Both the position numbers and the translations under genes were made by a program. The notes beneath the pieces were generated by a model. It was not told where the DNA came from. It was given only the letters and a program-made list of their open reading frames with translations, and did no database searches. A stretch of DNA of 63,961 nt, filler included, from an uncultured Myxococcia bacterium (lineage in GTDB: Bacteria > CAZTWC01), in NCBI GenBank assembly GCA_964617105.1. It is 7 parts of 7 records of this genome, joined end to end, with 100 filler letters (N's around TTAATTAATTAA, not from the genome) between each part and the next. Parts side by side here need not be neighbours in the genome. Positions count along the whole stretch, not along the records: positions 19,186 to 28,576 come from CAZTWC010000135.1; positions 28,677 to 38,041 come from CAZTWC010000136.1; 5 more parts are not named here. The stretch is one strand, 5' to 3'. Shown piece after piece: positions 20,070 to 31,178 of the stretch (within the stretch, counting starts at the first letter, position 1; every line of letters begins with the position of its first letter).

Positions 20070-20891
20070 CTAAAGGTTGATCAATTCAAGAAGTTTGGGC
20101 AATATTTTTCCGCTGGCGCCGGCTAAAAAATACCCGCCGTTTCTGATCGCTAACTCAGCAAAGGGATTGGTTTGTGGATTGATGTCAACCACAAGACCAT
20201 TTTTGGCAATCACACCTTGAACAATATGATTAGGCAGGTTTGTTGCTCCGGATGTACCGATGGTGATGAGCACGTCAGTGCGGGTAGCAATCTCCAGGGA
20301 GCTATTAAAGCGGAAATATTCTTCATCATAACATTCATCAAACCATAAAACATGCGGACGGCTATAACTGTTGCATTCGGGGCAGCGTAAGTAATCAAAT
20401 ATATCTTCTGCAAAGTCCTTGGTAACAGGTTTGACGGGTATCTCCTCAGGCATGGGATAAATCGTTTTGCAACACTCTTTTGAACATCTCATGTAGTTTA
20501 TATTCCCATGAATCTGAAAGGTATTTTCCAATGTATTGCCGGCCCTAAGGTGGAGGCCATCAACATTTTGGGTTATTAAATGAAATCTGTTTTTCAGCAA
20601 TTTTTCAAGTTGCGCCAGTGCAAGATGGCCTGGGTTAGGTTCAACATTATTGCATACAGCCCTTCGGTATAAATACCATTTCCAGACTTCAAATGGGTCT
20701 TTTCTGAACATAGCATTAGTAGCCATCTCTTCCGGATAATATTCTTTTGATCCAATTGTCCAGTAGCCTTCCGGACCTCTAAAGGTCGGAATTCCGCTTT
20801 CCGCCGAGATCCCTGCTCCGGTCAAGATAGTCGTATGGTGATCTTTCTTGACTATTTCCCGGCATATTTTTGTTAATTCATTATCAGACAT
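20070..20891 (-). CDS. cobB: NAD-dependent protein deacylase (sirtuin)
   Basis: TGAGISAESGIPTFRG, TQNVDGLH, HG, two CxxC-type Zn pairs, RPHVLWFDE, GTSG. Confidence 0.93.
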   Translation of the reverse strand: MSDNELTKICREIVKKDHHTTILTGAGISAESGIPTFRGPEGYWTIGSKEYYPEEMATNAMFRKDPFEVWKWYLYRRAVCNNVEPNPGHLALAQLEKLLKNRFHLITQNVDGLHLRAGNTLENTFQIHGNINYMRCSKECCKTIYPMPEEIPVKPVTKDFAEDIFDYLRCPECNSYSRPHVLWFDECYDEEYFRFNSSLEIATRTDVLITIGTSGATNLPNHIVQGVIAKNGLVVDINPQTNPFAELAIRNGGYFLAGASGKILPKLLELINL

Positions 20892-20971
20892 TTCATCTCC
20901 TTTTCACCATTTTTTCACCAGGGGGCCACCATCATGGCCGCCAGCAGATTTGTCGCTTAAAATACTCTTTA

Positions 20972-21042
20972 GGGCTCGCTCCAAAATAACTTCACATTTT
21001 CGCATCCCATCTTCGGCCCGAATCTGGGATGCGAAAATGGGC
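20972..21042 (+). repeat. Dispersed palindromic mini-element, copy B, with a perfect 15-bp stem
   Basis: tta|GGGCTCGCTCCAAAATAACTTCA followed by CATTTTCGCATCCCA (20995-21009) and its reverse complement TGGGATGCGAAAATG (21025-21039). Confidence 0.85.
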
Positions 21043-21537
21043 TTACAACCTGGTAAATTGCTCCTTTTTAACACCACAAATTGGACATTCATCCGGTAAA
21101 ACACTATCGGAAACATAGCCGCATACCTTACAGACATAATAGGTGGTTTCTGACTCGTTCATCATGTGATTCATAGCCTGTTTGTATAGTTTTGCATGGA
21201 CATTTTCCACATCCCTGGTCTGGGTCAATATGGTGATAGCGGTTTTGTCTTCAAGTTCATTAGCCAGTTTAATGGCTCCTTCATAGGCAACATCTGCCAC
21301 TTTGGTCTCGGAATCAAAACTGTCCGCCAGGTTCTCTTCAGTAGACTTGATTTCCTTCAATAAACGGAGGCTCCGGGTGCCATGAATTTCTTCGGAAAGG
21401 GATATAACCCGAAAGAGTTTGCCCATTTGTGCATAGCCTTCCTGATCCGCCTTTTCTGCAAATAATTTCAAACGCAAAGCAGCCTTTGCCTCACCTGTGT
21501 ATGCCTCGTGAAAGGCTTTTTTTAAACTGTCATTCAT
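21043..21537 (-). CDS. Rubrerythrin
   Basis: AYTGEAKA, EEIH, ENVH, C-terminal CKVCGY...CPICG rubredoxin-like domain; start MNDSLKK at 21537. Confidence 0.92.
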   Translation of the reverse strand: MNDSLKKAFHEAYTGEAKAALRLKLFAEKADQEGYAQMGKLFRVISLSEEIHGTRSLRLLKEIKSTEENLADSFDSETKVADVAYEGAIKLANELEDKTAITILTQTRDVENVHAKLYKQAMNHMMNESETTYYVCKVCGYVSDSVLPDECPICGVKKEQFTRL

Positions 21538-21652
21538 TGATACACCTATTCGTTGTTCAAAATAAATCAAAATGGGGTCAGGATGGGGCCAGGGCCACAA
21601 ACCCAAAAAAAGGCCACAAGCCATAACAGCCTGCAGCCCTTTAATATCAAGG

Positions 21653-21725
21653 TGCCTAGGGACAGAATTGAACTGCCGACACGGGGATTTTCAGTCCCCT
21701 GCTCTACCGACTGAGCTACCTAGGC
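21653..21725 (-). tRNA. tRNA-Phe(GAA)
   Basis: GCCTAGGTAGCTCAGTCGGTAGAGCAGGGGACTGAAAATCCCCGTGTCGGCAGTTCAATTCTGTCCCTAGGCA folds as a cloverleaf; full CCA not encoded. Confidence 0.96.
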
Positions 21726-21944
21726 AAATTAGATGCAAAGGATGGTACCAAAAATGGGGGCGAAAGTCAACTATAAAATCCTATGGACTATACCAGACCC
21801 CTCAGATACAGATAATAGACTCCCCTCTCTTTTACATTGCAAATCTTTGGCTGTCAATTTATAATCCCCTTTTATACTTACTGGAAACTATTTAAATCAA
21901 TACCCAAACTTTAAAATTTGGCTCAATTGGCATTGGTGGTTGAT

Positions 21945-23180
21945 ATGTTTGATTTCATGCTAAGTCAAAAACAGATTGAATGGCGGGATCGGGCCCGGGA
22001 TTTTATCTCCAATGACGTTTCAGCCGATTTGATCCGAGCCATGGATGCCGATGAGATCAAGTATCCCCGCCAATACCTGGAATCGGCCGCCAAAAGAGAG
22101 TTGCTGGGCCTGCGTTTCGACCCCCAATACGGGGGTGGTGGCATGGACTGGGCCACCGAAGTGGCAGTTATCGAGGAGATCGGGGTCACCGGCGCCGCCC
22201 TGGGCTGCCTCTATTCGCTGGTTAGTATTGTGGGAGAAGCTCTACACATTTTTGGCACTCCCCAGCAAAAAGAGAGATACCTGGCTCCCATGATCCGAGG
22301 AGAGTTAACCTGCGCCGAGGCGCTAACCGAACCCCGGGGTGGCAGTGACTTTTTTGGCGCCACCACCATTGCGAAAAAAGAGGGCGACACCTACTATCTT
22401 ACCGGACAAAAACGGTTTGTGGTTGGAGGCGAAGGTGCTGATATCTTTCTGGTATATGCCCGCACCGCACCTCTTGATTGCCCTGATCCTCATCATGCCA
22501 TCTCTGCCTTTATTGTAGAGCGGGAGGCGGGGATCAAAGTAGAGCATCTTTATGGGCTTATGGGAACCCGGGGAGGCGGCACTGCCCGGATCTCTTTCCA
22601 GCGCACGCCTGTTAAAGCGGAAAACATTATCTATAGGGAAAACCAGGGATTCGAAGTTTTCAACCAGATGATGATCCCCGAACGTATGACCTCGGCCTCT
22701 GGCGCTATTGGTGCTGCCCGCGCCGCCCTGGAGATAGCCACCAGATACTCCACCAAAAGAAAAGCCTTTGGTAAAAAAATCAAGAACTTTCAGGGAGTTA
22801 ATTTTAAAATCGCCGACAGTATAAGCAAATTGGACGCAGCCAGGGCCATGCTCTGGACCGCTGCCCGCCAGGTGGATTCTGGGCAAGACAGCCGGAGACT
22901 GGTGTCTGAGGCCAAAAAAATCGCCACTGACACTGCCTGGGAGGTGGTAAACCACAGTATGCAGATTATGGGAGGTATAGGTTACACCAATGTATTCCCA
23001 GTGGAGAAACTGCTGCGGGATATCAGGTTGATGATGATCTGGACCGGCACCAATGAAATTATGAATACCCTGATTCAACATGAATGGTATAAAGAGAGAG
23101 CTAAACAGGCTGCTTTAGGACGAGATGTGGAGTTTGACACTCTGGGCTACAATTTTCAGACCGAAAAAGTCTATGAATAA
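21945..23180 (+). CDS. Acyl-CoA dehydrogenase family protein
   Basis: [51 protein letters not shown]. Confidence 0.93.
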   Translation: MFDFMLSQKQIEWRDRARDFISNDVSADLIRAMDADEIKYPRQYLESAAKRELLGLRFDPQYGGGGMDWATEVAVIEEIGVTGAALGCLYSLVSIVGEALHIFGTPQQKERYLAPMIRGELTCAEALTEPRGGSDFFGATTIAKKEGDTYYLTGQKRFVVGGEGADIFLVYARTAPLDCPDPHHAISAFIVEREAGIKVEHLYGLMGTRGGGTARISFQRTPVKAENIIYRENQGFEVFNQMMIPERMTSASGAIGAARAALEIATRYSTKRKAFGKKIKNFQGVNFKIADSISKLDAARAMLWTAARQVDSGQDSRRLVSEAKKIATDTAWEVVNHSMQIMGGIGYTNVFPVEKLLRDIRLMMIWTGTNEIMNTLIQHEWYKERAKQAALGRDVEFDTLGYNFQTEKVYE

Positions 23181-23217
23181 CTGACATCATTTTCAACAAT
23201 ACAAAAAGGAGGTCATT

Positions 23218-23871
23218 ATGGCACGCGTAGGAGTTTTACTGGCTGGATGCGGTTTTTTAGATGGAACAGAAATTCACGAAGCAGTTTGCACCCTACTCTT
23301 TTTAGATAGGGCTGGTGCAGAGATTGTCTGCTTTGCCCCTGATTCCAACCAACACCACATTATTAACCACCTTAATCAACAAGAAGCAATGGGCCGGCGC
23401 AACGTGCTTGAGGAATCGGCCCGCATCGCCCGCTGCGAAATCAAACCCCTGGCTCAGGTAAAAGAGGCGGACCTGGATGCCCTGATCATTCCCGGTGGTT
23501 TTGGCGCCGCCAAAAACCTCTGCGACTTTGCCTTTAAAGGGGCGGAGATGACGGTAAAGCCGGAAGTGGATGCTCTGGTTAACCAAATGGCAGACGCAGG
23601 CAAACCAATTGGCGCCATCTGCATCTCTCCGGTAATTTTGGCGAAATCCCTGGGCAGCAGAAAACCCAGCATTACCATTGGTAACGATAGCGGAACTGCT
23701 CAGGCCATTGAAACCATGGGTGGCAGCCATGTTGACAAACCGGTAGATGATATAGTGGTGGACGAAAAGTTAAAACTGGTTACCACCCCAGCCTATATGG
23801 TTGGACCAAGCATCAAACATGTGGCGGCAGGCATTGAAAAATTGGTAGAGAAAGTTTTGGCTCTTATATGA
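23218..23871 (+). CDS. elbB: DJ-1/PfpI-superfamily glyoxalase ElbB
   Basis: GCGFLDGTEIHEAV, RNVLEESARIAR, PGGFGAAKNLC, ICISP, TTPAYM. Confidence 0.93.
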   Translation: MARVGVLLAGCGFLDGTEIHEAVCTLLFLDRAGAEIVCFAPDSNQHHIINHLNQQEAMGRRNVLEESARIARCEIKPLAQVKEADLDALIIPGGFGAAKNLCDFAFKGAEMTVKPEVDALVNQMADAGKPIGAICISPVILAKSLGSRKPSITIGNDSGTAQAIETMGGSHVDKPVDDIVVDEKLKLVTTPAYMVGPSIKHVAAGIEKLVEKVLALI

Positions 23872-23899
23872 TCATCCAACACCTGCCAAGGTTATTTGT

Positions 23900-25261
23900 A
23901 TGAGTATTGTGATTGTAGGCGCCGGGGAAGTAGGGTTTAACATTGCGGCCAAACTCTCCCTGGAGAAGAAAGATGTGTACGTTATCGAGCAGAGTGATGA
24001 ACGATTTCACTATGTGCAGGATGAATTGGATGTCCAAGTTATCCAGGGCAATGGCGCTTCTCCCAGTATTTTGAAAGAAGCTGGCATCGAGGATGCCCAG
24101 ATGCTGATAGCGGTCACCGACCAAGACGAGGTCAATATCACTTCCTGCCTTTTTGCCAGCCATCTGAATCCCCAGGTGATGAAAGTGGCCCGGGTTAGAA
24201 ATCCCGAATATATTACCTATCATAATGAACAGGGAGGCGGCCTGTTAAACATCGACTTTCAAATCAACCCAGAAGGGGTAGTGGCGGATAAACTGCTAAA
24301 AATCATTTCTGTGCCCAAAAGCAGAGAAGTGGTGGAATTTGATAATGGCCGGGTAGTGCTGGTTGGCTTTAAAATAGATGTCAACTGCCGTTTTGCCGGC
24401 AAATTAATCTTGGAGGTGGCTAATAAGTATCCCAAGGGGAAATTCCTGGTAACCGCCATCGTGCGAAAAAACGAAATCATCATCCCCAAAGGCAACCATC
24501 AACTCCTGCCAGAAGATATAATATATGTAATAACTCCCAGCGACATGGTGGAAGAGACCATGAACATATTTTCCAAAAATAGGGAGGTGGAGACCAAGCG
24601 GGTAATGATTTTCGGCGGCAGCAACATCGGTTTTTCCCTGGCTCAGCAATTGGAAAAAAAAGGGTTGCCCTCCATAAAAATTATCGAAAAAGATGAAAGC
24701 CTGTGTGAATATCTGGCATGGAACCTTTCCCGGGTTACGGTGCTTAACGGAAAGGGTACCGATGAAAGTCTGCTTACCGAGGAGAGTATCGAGGATGTGG
24801 ACGCCTTTATTTCAGTTTCCAGAGATGATGAAGCAAATATCCTGGCCGCCCTCCTGGCCAAGCACCTGGGCGCAGGCATGGTTTGCACGGTAATCAACAA
24901 ATTGAGCTATTTTTCCCTACTCAACACCATTGGTATCGATGTGGCCATCAGTCCTCACCTGCTGGCCGCCAACTCTATTCTCCGTTTTATCCGCCGGGGT
25001 AAGGTGGTGGCGCTAAGCACTTTTTTCGGCGAGGCTGCCGAAGCCATTGAATTTATCGTGCCTCCCGACGCTCCTATTGTCAATATCCCCATCAAACATC
25101 TAAAAATTCCCAAAGGCGCCATATTAGGCACCATCGTGCGGGACGATGAGATAATAATTCCCCGGGGTGACGATATTGTCAGAGCGCATGACAAGGTGAT
25201 AACTTTTCTGGTAAAAGATATCCTTCCCAGCGTAGAAACCCTGTTTGCGTCCAGAGAGTAG
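23900..25261 (+). CDS. trkA: Trk system K+ uptake protein TrkA
   Basis: Two RCK N/C pairs: IVGAGEVG, AVTDQDEVN, IIIPKG, IFGGSNIG, IIIPRG. Confidence 0.95.
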   Translation: MSIVIVGAGEVGFNIAAKLSLEKKDVYVIEQSDERFHYVQDELDVQVIQGNGASPSILKEAGIEDAQMLIAVTDQDEVNITSCLFASHLNPQVMKVARVRNPEYITYHNEQGGGLLNIDFQINPEGVVADKLLKIISVPKSREVVEFDNGRVVLVGFKIDVNCRFAGKLILEVANKYPKGKFLVTAIVRKNEIIIPKGNHQLLPEDIIYVITPSDMVEETMNIFSKNREVETKRVMIFGGSNIGFSLAQQLEKKGLPSIKIIEKDESLCEYLAWNLSRVTVLNGKGTDESLLTEESIEDVDAFISVSRDDEANILAALLAKHLGAGMVCTVINKLSYFSLLNTIGIDVAISPHLLAANSILRFIRRGKVVALSTFFGEAAEAIEFIVPPDAPIVNIPIKHLKIPKGAILGTIVRDDEIIIPRGDDIVRAHDKVITFLVKDILPSVETLFASRE

Positions 25262-25270
25262 TTTTTTTCC

Positions 25271-25298
25271 TTGACAAGGCTGTTTTTTTTTATATAGT
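25271..25298 (+). promoter_or_regulatory. Sigma70-type promoter for tRNA-Glu
   Basis: TTGACA (25271) - 16 nt - TATAGT (25293), about 40 nt upstream of the tRNA. Confidence 0.6.
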
Positions 25299-25337
25299 AG
25301 TCACTGCATTATAAATAATGTAGCGGTTGGAATTTGT

Positions 25338-25415
25338 GTCCCCATCGTCCAGCCAGGTCCAGGACACCGGCCTTTCACGCCGGCGACAGGGGTTCGAATC
25401 CCCTTGGGGACGCCA
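25338..25415 (+). tRNA. tRNA-Glu(TTC)
   Basis: GTCCCCATCG...CCGGCCTTTCACGCCGG...GGTTCGAATCCCCTTGGGGACGCCA. Confidence 0.96.
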
Positions 25416-25422
25416 AGTGATT

Positions 25423-25457
25423 AAAAGGAGTTAGCAGAGATGCTGGCTCCTTTTTTT
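25423..25457 (+). terminator. Rho-independent terminator
   Basis: AAAAGGAGTTAGCA-GAGA-TGCTGGCTCCTTTTTTT hairpin with T-tract after the tRNA. Confidence 0.8.
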
Positions 25458-25606
25458 ATTGCAAGATCACCCTTCCTTTACCCAAACCCTCTTGCCATCA
25501 GCCACAATACCGAGTTTCAATATATCGGCGGCCCACCAGTCCAATAACTCCTGGGCATACTGTTTTTCTTCGATTTGCTCAAGGACCATTTGGCAGCCTT
25601 AATTAT

Positions 25607-26413
25607 TTAAAAGAAAAATTTATTTTCATGAACATGTTGGCCGATTTTTCGAATTCTGGTCATCTCTTCGTCTGATAATGGTTCTTTATCCAAAATGTTC
25701 AACGTCTCTTTCAACTGTGATAAATTTTTGGGGCCAGTAATGCATAAATCAACATCAGGATTGGAGAGGACGAACCGATAACATTCCGGGGCAGTCAAGG
25801 GTTTCTCTCCTTGCGGCATTTTCCGTTTGCTTAATAATTTACCCCAACAGGTTGCGGTGTAAGTGGTTATCCCCGGCCTGTTTTTGTCGAGCAAAAGTGG
25901 AAAAATATCCTTTTCCGCCCCTGGATGGGCGGTGTTATACCTGATCATAAATATATCAAAGGGACAATTCTCCTGCTGCGCCAACTCTCCGAATAATTTA
26001 CGATTGTGTCCTGATAAAGCGATGTGTCTAACCTTGCCCTCTTCCTTCAGGCGATAAGCCATTTCAAGAACTCTGTTGCTGGGGACTCGATTATGCCATC
26101 CCAGGATAAGAACATCTGTATAATCGATTCCCAGAGAGAAAAGTCCTTTTTCAACCCTGCGCCTCAAGAACCAACCTATGTGGTCATAAGACTGGATAGC
26201 AATGATGATATTCTCCCGTTCGGTTGAAACCAGATTGCGAATGGCATCTCCCATTCCCTTGCGGCGTATCGATCCCCAATAGAAATAATTGATGCCGTAT
26301 TCCCTGTGGGCCATCTCCACTGCCTTGGCTGGGACACCAAACGAAGATGCAATACCAAGACGGCTCACCTGCAGGCCAGATTTGCCAAGAGTTACATGTT
26401 GGCGAAAACTCAT
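25607..26413 (-). CDS. Aldo/keto reductase family protein
   Basis: LGKSGLQVSRLG, SLGIDYTDVL, EGKVRHIALSGH, RFVLSNPDV. Confidence 0.88.
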   Translation of the reverse strand: MSFRQHVTLGKSGLQVSRLGIASSFGVPAKAVEMAHREYGINYFYWGSIRRKGMGDAIRNLVSTERENIIIAIQSYDHIGWFLRRRVEKGLFSLGIDYTDVLILGWHNRVPSNRVLEMAYRLKEEGKVRHIALSGHNRKLFGELAQQENCPFDIFMIRYNTAHPGAEKDIFPLLLDKNRPGITTYTATCWGKLLSKRKMPQGEKPLTAPECYRFVLSNPDVDLCITGPKNLSQLKETLNILDKEPLSDEEMTRIRKIGQHVHENKFFF

Positions 26414-26834
26414 TGTCAATACCTCCCAATGTTAAACACTCCACCACTCTCCAGATCCCCAATTATCAACGACCCAAACTGTAACTACTTTCGCAAATAA
26501 AATTACAAATAACAAATGGAAAATTCATATCAACAATAGATATTTCCGGATTTAGACAAAAGAATTGGCCACTAAACACAAAACAGGCTATTATTAGGCT
26601 ATTAAACCTACAGTATCATCTCAATTATATCTGGTGTGGGATAAGTCAATCGAAGGGTCCTGGTTATATGTCTTGTTTTTTTAAAACTTGTCAGAAATTC
26701 CAAATAATGGCAAAATACATTTATAAAGGTATTTGTTTGCATATATTTTTAAACACCTTCTAAACATTTGGGGCAGGAGTTTATCAAAATATTTTGTCTG
26801 ATAGTAAAAGTGAATTAATAAAGGAGATAAACTT

Positions 26835-28576
26835 ATGAAACATTTAATATCTATTTTTTTGGTTCCTCTTATAGCCTTGTTTTTGATTTTTAATGGATGT
26901 TCCGGCTCTGATGGCGGTGATAAAAGTGATACAGCCAATACCGGCGATATTGGCAAAGGGAGTGGTGATGGTTCAAACCTAGATTCAAATCTGACCAAAA
27001 TAACGGGTAAAATAGCCAATAGTTCATTTCACAATAAAATTAAGGTTATCGCCATAAACAATGGAGGAGATGTTTATAAGGTGAATGATACGGATGGCGC
27101 TTTTGCCATCTCTGTAGTAGTAGGGCACTTCTATAAAATTAGTTTTCTTAATACCGAAACATCTACTTTTCTGGGAAATCTGGTTTCAGAAGATTCAAGA
27201 GGAATAAATAGTGAGGTCTTTTTTATCCCTTCACCAGACATGGGTTCAAAATCTCATTTACCTAATCCCATGGGCATTATACAAATGCCGTTAGAGACTG
27301 AAGATGGAGAAACCACAGATGAAGCGGAGACAAAATCTGAACAGAATAGTGAGGCCAGTAATGATGAAAGTGGCAATGAAAGCGAAATAGACCTGGGTAA
27401 CGTAGATACTTCGGAAGATGGCTCAACTCCTCCATCGTCGGAAAAAACCGTGGCTGAACAAGTTGATTCCGATGGTGATGGAATCAATGATCTGTATGAC
27501 GAAGATGCAGACAATAATGGTATAGAAGATAACAATCAGAAATCTTTACAGCATGAAGTTACCGATAAAAAGGGTAATAAGAAAAAAGTTAGTAGTGATG
27601 ATGCTGAAACAAAAACTGATGCCATTGAGGAGGAAGAGGTTAAAGAGGAAGTGGGAGATAAAGATGAAACTCTTAAACTCTACATCAAAAAAATCGCCAT
27701 TGATGAGATAGAAATTAAACTAAATAAGGATATAGAGGATCTTGCTGCTGATGTAACCATGAAAGATGCTCAAGGTGAAAATGTAGATATTGAGATTAAA
27801 ATCGAGGATGATGAGATTACAATTATTGCCAAGAATGAATCCCTGGAGTTTGCCGTTGGAAAATACGTTATTACCATTGAAATTGATAATAAATCTTTTA
27901 AATTGGAAGGCGAAGTAATAAGCGAAGAGGATAAAAAGGCGAAAAAGGCGAAGAAAAAAGCCCTTAGTGAGGGAAAAAGTAAGAAAGATGCAGAGAAAGC
28001 GGCCCAAAAAGCAAAAGAGGAAGAGAGTAAACTTCAACGGATACTAAATATTAAACCTAATTTTTTCGAAAACCTACATTTTGAAAAAGTAAGAGAAAGT
28101 AATGAAAAACACCTTTGGAGAGTGATGTACAAAAAGGAAATTGATAAAAACAATCCCCCTGAGAAGCCGGTCAAAATCATAAATGGAGAAAAATCCTATG
28201 AACTTAAAACCGAAGTGGATAAGAAAAAAATCAACTTTTGGTTTTCCGAAACAAGTTTGAATGATTTGGAAAAAGATGTAACGGATGCAGGAAGTGATGG
28301 ACTGCTCTTACAAATGATAGTTACCAGTTTAAATGAGAAAAAAGAGGTAACCGGAGAACTATCTATTTATGTTAAAGAGGCTTTGGAGAAAAAAGATAAG
28401 GCTTTAAAAGAGGACGCCAAAGAACAGAGACAACAGAAAAAAATTGAAAAAGAGAATAAAGATAAGACTGATGGCGGCGCTGAAGATGATGGCGATAAAA
28501 ACGACAAAGACGGTAAAGATAAGGCTGATGGCGGAGCTGAAGATGATGGCGATAAAAAAGACAAAGACGGTAAAGA
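26835..28576 (+). CDS. Acidic/Lys-rich lipoprotein with DxDxDG Ca-binding-type motif, 3'-partial
   Basis: Lipobox IFNGC; DSDGDGIND.YDEDADNNG; low-complexity charged segments; ends in a tandem repeat at the contig end. Confidence 0.75.
28461..28574 (+). repeat. 57-bp in-frame tandem repeat (2+ copies, DKxDGGAEDDGDKxDKDGK)
   Basis: Near-identical units at 28461-28517 and 28518-28574; a third begins at the contig break. Confidence 0.9.
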
Positions 28577-28676
28577 NNNNNNNNNNNNNNNNNNNNNNNN
28601 NNNNNNNNNNNNNNNNNNNNTTAATTAATTAANNNNNNNNNNNNNNNNNNNNNNNNNNNNNNNNNNNNNNNNNNNN
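28577..28676. other. Artificial contig linker
   Basis: N44-TTAATTAATTAA-N44. Confidence 0.98.
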
Positions 28677-29074
28677 GAGCATTCCCTGGCCAAATAGCCG
28701 ATATGCCCCCTGGTGTGTCCAGGTAAATCGATCACCTCAAATTTCAAGCCCATTTGCACCAGGTTGACAGATTGTTTATCGGACAGGGGGCTGGTGACCA
28801 CTGAAATATTGTCATCGGTTGGCCCATATGTGGTCAATTGGGGAAATCTGGCCCGGAGTTCTCCTGCGCCGGCTGTGTGGTCAGCATGGCGATGGGTCAA
28901 TAAAATAGCCTCTGGCGTGAGTTTTTTTCTCTCCATTACCCGCATCACCAGCCCCGCTTCTCCTGGATCAACAATTACCGCTGAATTGCTATCTTTCCGC
29001 CGGATCAGCCAGATATAATTATCTGACAGGGCTTGGATCGGTTCTACCAAAATATTTGTCTTCTGATTATTCAT
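28677..29074 (-). CDS. gloB: Hydroxyacylglutathione hydrolase (glyoxalase II), 3'-partial
   Basis: IQALSDNYIWLI, VDPGEA, THRHADHTAG, PGHTRGHI. Confidence 0.9.
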
Positions 29075-29075
29075 C

Positions 29076-29288
29076 TCACTTTTCTTGGTTGTCTTCGGCG
29101 CCATTTTTTTCCGGCTCTTTCAACTCATCTTTGGTGAGAGTGACATCGATTTCGTTTTTACCGCCCAGGGCATTTTTAAAGTTTCTTATCCCCTTGCCCA
29201 TGGCTTCACCAAGTTGGGGAACCCGGCTAGCGCCAAATAAAACCACTACAATGGCTAAGATAATCATTAATTCTGTTGGACCAAACAT
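29076..29288 (-). CDS. tatA: Twin-arginine translocase TatA/E
   Basis: MFGPTELMIILAIVVVLFGASRVPQLGEAMGKGIRNFK; GGAGG RBS. Confidence 0.95.
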   Translation of the reverse strand: MFGPTELMIILAIVVVLFGASRVPQLGEAMGKGIRNFKNALGGKNEIDVTLTKDELKEPEKNGAEDNQEK

Positions 29289-29347
29289 TTTACCTCCTTG
29301 TATGCAGTGCCCTGTCAAGCAACATCAGTCACTTGACATGACACTAT

Positions 29348-29644
29348 TTATTTTTCTCTTTCTAAGTTTTGTTCAAATTGCCATAACAGGTCATCTACTT
29401 TCATCTCCAGGCGATCTATTCTCTCATCTATCCGGATGATATCTTCCCTGGATGGCATGCTTAAAGTTTTGAGTAATAACACCAGATAATATTTAACAAA
29501 GTTGTTAGCCACAATGGCTTTGCCGATAATATGTTGACAAAGGGTTAAAAAACGCTGGTTTTGCATCAATTCGTTAATGAGTAATTGGATGTCCTGCTCC
29601 CGGCTGCTGGATATCCGGCCTAATATTTTTTCCATTAAATTCAT
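29348..29644 (-). CDS. Hypothetical protein with phasin/PhaE-like C-terminal coiled coil
   Basis: MPSREDIIRIDERIDRLEMKVDDL resembles PHA-granule-associated C-termini. Confidence 0.45.
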   Translation of the reverse strand: MNLMEKILGRISSSREQDIQLLINELMQNQRFLTLCQHIIGKAIVANNFVKYYLVLLLKTLSMPSREDIIRIDERIDRLEMKVDDLLWQFEQNLEREK

Positions 29645-29857
29645 AAGAGAGCCTTTCTAGATCAATTTTTAAAACTCCGGGTTCATGTCCGGGGTTTAAC
29701 TTCCGGCATTTTAACCAGGTTGAATGTAAAAAATACTAAATTTAGCGTATATCTTTATTATAATATCTGAGGTGGAAAAATGGGTCAAGCTTTTCAGCTT
29801 GCAAAGGAAGAGGGTTTATTTTATATTTAGTTCCCCACTAGCGAATAATTTCAATTT

Positions 29858-29934
29858 CGGGGCGTGGCGCAGCCTGGTAGCGCGCTTGCTTTGGGAGCAA
29901 GAAGCCGGAGGTTCAAATCCTCTCGCCCCGACCA
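29858..29934 (+). tRNA. tRNA-Pro(TGG)
   Basis: CGGGGCGTGGCGCAGCCTGGTAGCGCGCTTGCTTTGGGAGCAAG...GGTTCAAATCCTCTCGCCCCGACCA. Confidence 0.96.
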
Positions 29935-30055
29935 TTCTTTCTTCTTTCTTAAATTACCGAAAAAATCTAGAAATATCAGATTTGGTATTATAATTTGCCG
30001 CAGAACGTGGTTTTCGGAGGGCAAGAAACTGTTTGTTTGAAGCGCAGAGAGATGC

Positions 30056-30637
30056 TCAAAAATTTAGATGCAGGCCGGTGAACACATTAAACTGGAAGAT
30101 GATGCTGTCATCAGCTAATCCTTTTCCGGCCACAAAAGTAGTCAGATTAATCTCACCCACCACGGAGAATAGATCCGATATTGGATATAACAGTCCGCCG
30201 CCGGTTTCAATGCCCAAAATTGTTTTGGGCGAAAAGAAAAAAGGAGCCGAAAAAAGTAGGTATATAGTAAAGGGCTGGTAATCTTGCACCAGTTTCAATA
30301 CCGGGCTTATTCCCGCCTTGGGGTCACCGTCCAAGGGGAGGATCAGTTTTGCCCCCATTTGGGTAGCATAATCATGGTCAAACACAAAGTCAGTTTCCAG
30401 TACCAGAATCAGTGGAGAATTCCTGATGGTGGTTTTATCTTCGGTGCGGATCATCTGCAGGCCAGAGCCCAGGTTGGTGTTAAGGAGGATGTCGAGGGCT
30501 TGGGCGTTGGCCGTCCTAACCCCCGACATACAAATAATCAGAAGTATCAAAAGAGAGAGAGAGTTTGAAACTTTGCTGCTTAGCAATTTAATCCTCCCAA
30601 CCAGACTTAGGGTGCTTACTATTATAATTGGTTTCAT
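30056..30637 (-). CDS. Putative small outer-membrane beta-barrel protein (start uncertain)
   Basis: Signal peptide ending TANA; alternating beta-strand pattern; C-terminal GLHLNF. Confidence 0.55.
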   Translation of the reverse strand: MKPIIIVSTLSLVGRIKLLSSKVSNSLSLLILLIICMSGVRTANAQALDILLNTNLGSGLQMIRTEDKTTIRNSPLILVLETDFVFDHDYATQMGAKLILPLDGDPKAGISPVLKLVQDYQPFTIYLLFSAPFFFSPKTILGIETGGGLLYPISDLFSVVGEINLTTFVAGKGLADDSIIFQFNVFTGLHLNF

Positions 30638-31178
30638 AGAGATATGTTGCATAAATTGCGCCAAAATATAATATTTTGTTGGATTGTTGTTGATAATAGC
30701 GCCGCGGCGAATTGCATGCTGTAATTTGCCAATCATAACATGGTGTTATGGTGGGCCTAATTTCGTGACGTTATTTTATGGTTTCATATTTTATTATTGG
30801 ACCGCTGCATTTCTGTCAATTTTTATTGGTTAGAAACTAAAAACATCAATTGTTTGACAGTTTATTTTCATATTATTGACCTTAGCGTTTAATTTTGGTA
30901 ATTACCCCGGAATTACCCAGGCGATCGATTTTGCCGAATTGCGCCTTGCCCTATAGTGGGTCGTATGAGGCTACCGAGGAATTTAGTTTTTAGACCGGTT
31001 TGAACCGGTTGAAACATAGGTTTAGTATTTTAGTATTTACGAGTGCATCAAGCTTTGACAAATTGTGGTTTATAAGATAAAAAATTTCATTACCATTTTC
31101 TATATTCAAATAGTAATTGCAATGATTATCTACATAATTATTGGTTTAAGTTTCAGTTTTTCATCGGAGATAAGACTT

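Noticed and set aside
25510-25521. CCGAGTTTCAAT shared with about 61739-61750 as another repeat family
   Set aside because: Only 12 nt in two copies, too little to support from this window.
30737-31178. Riboswitch or ncRNA in the long divergent intergenic region
   Set aside because: Only short palindromes (GGTAATTACC, ACCGGT twice) and no recognisable family consensus; an Infernal scan would be needed.
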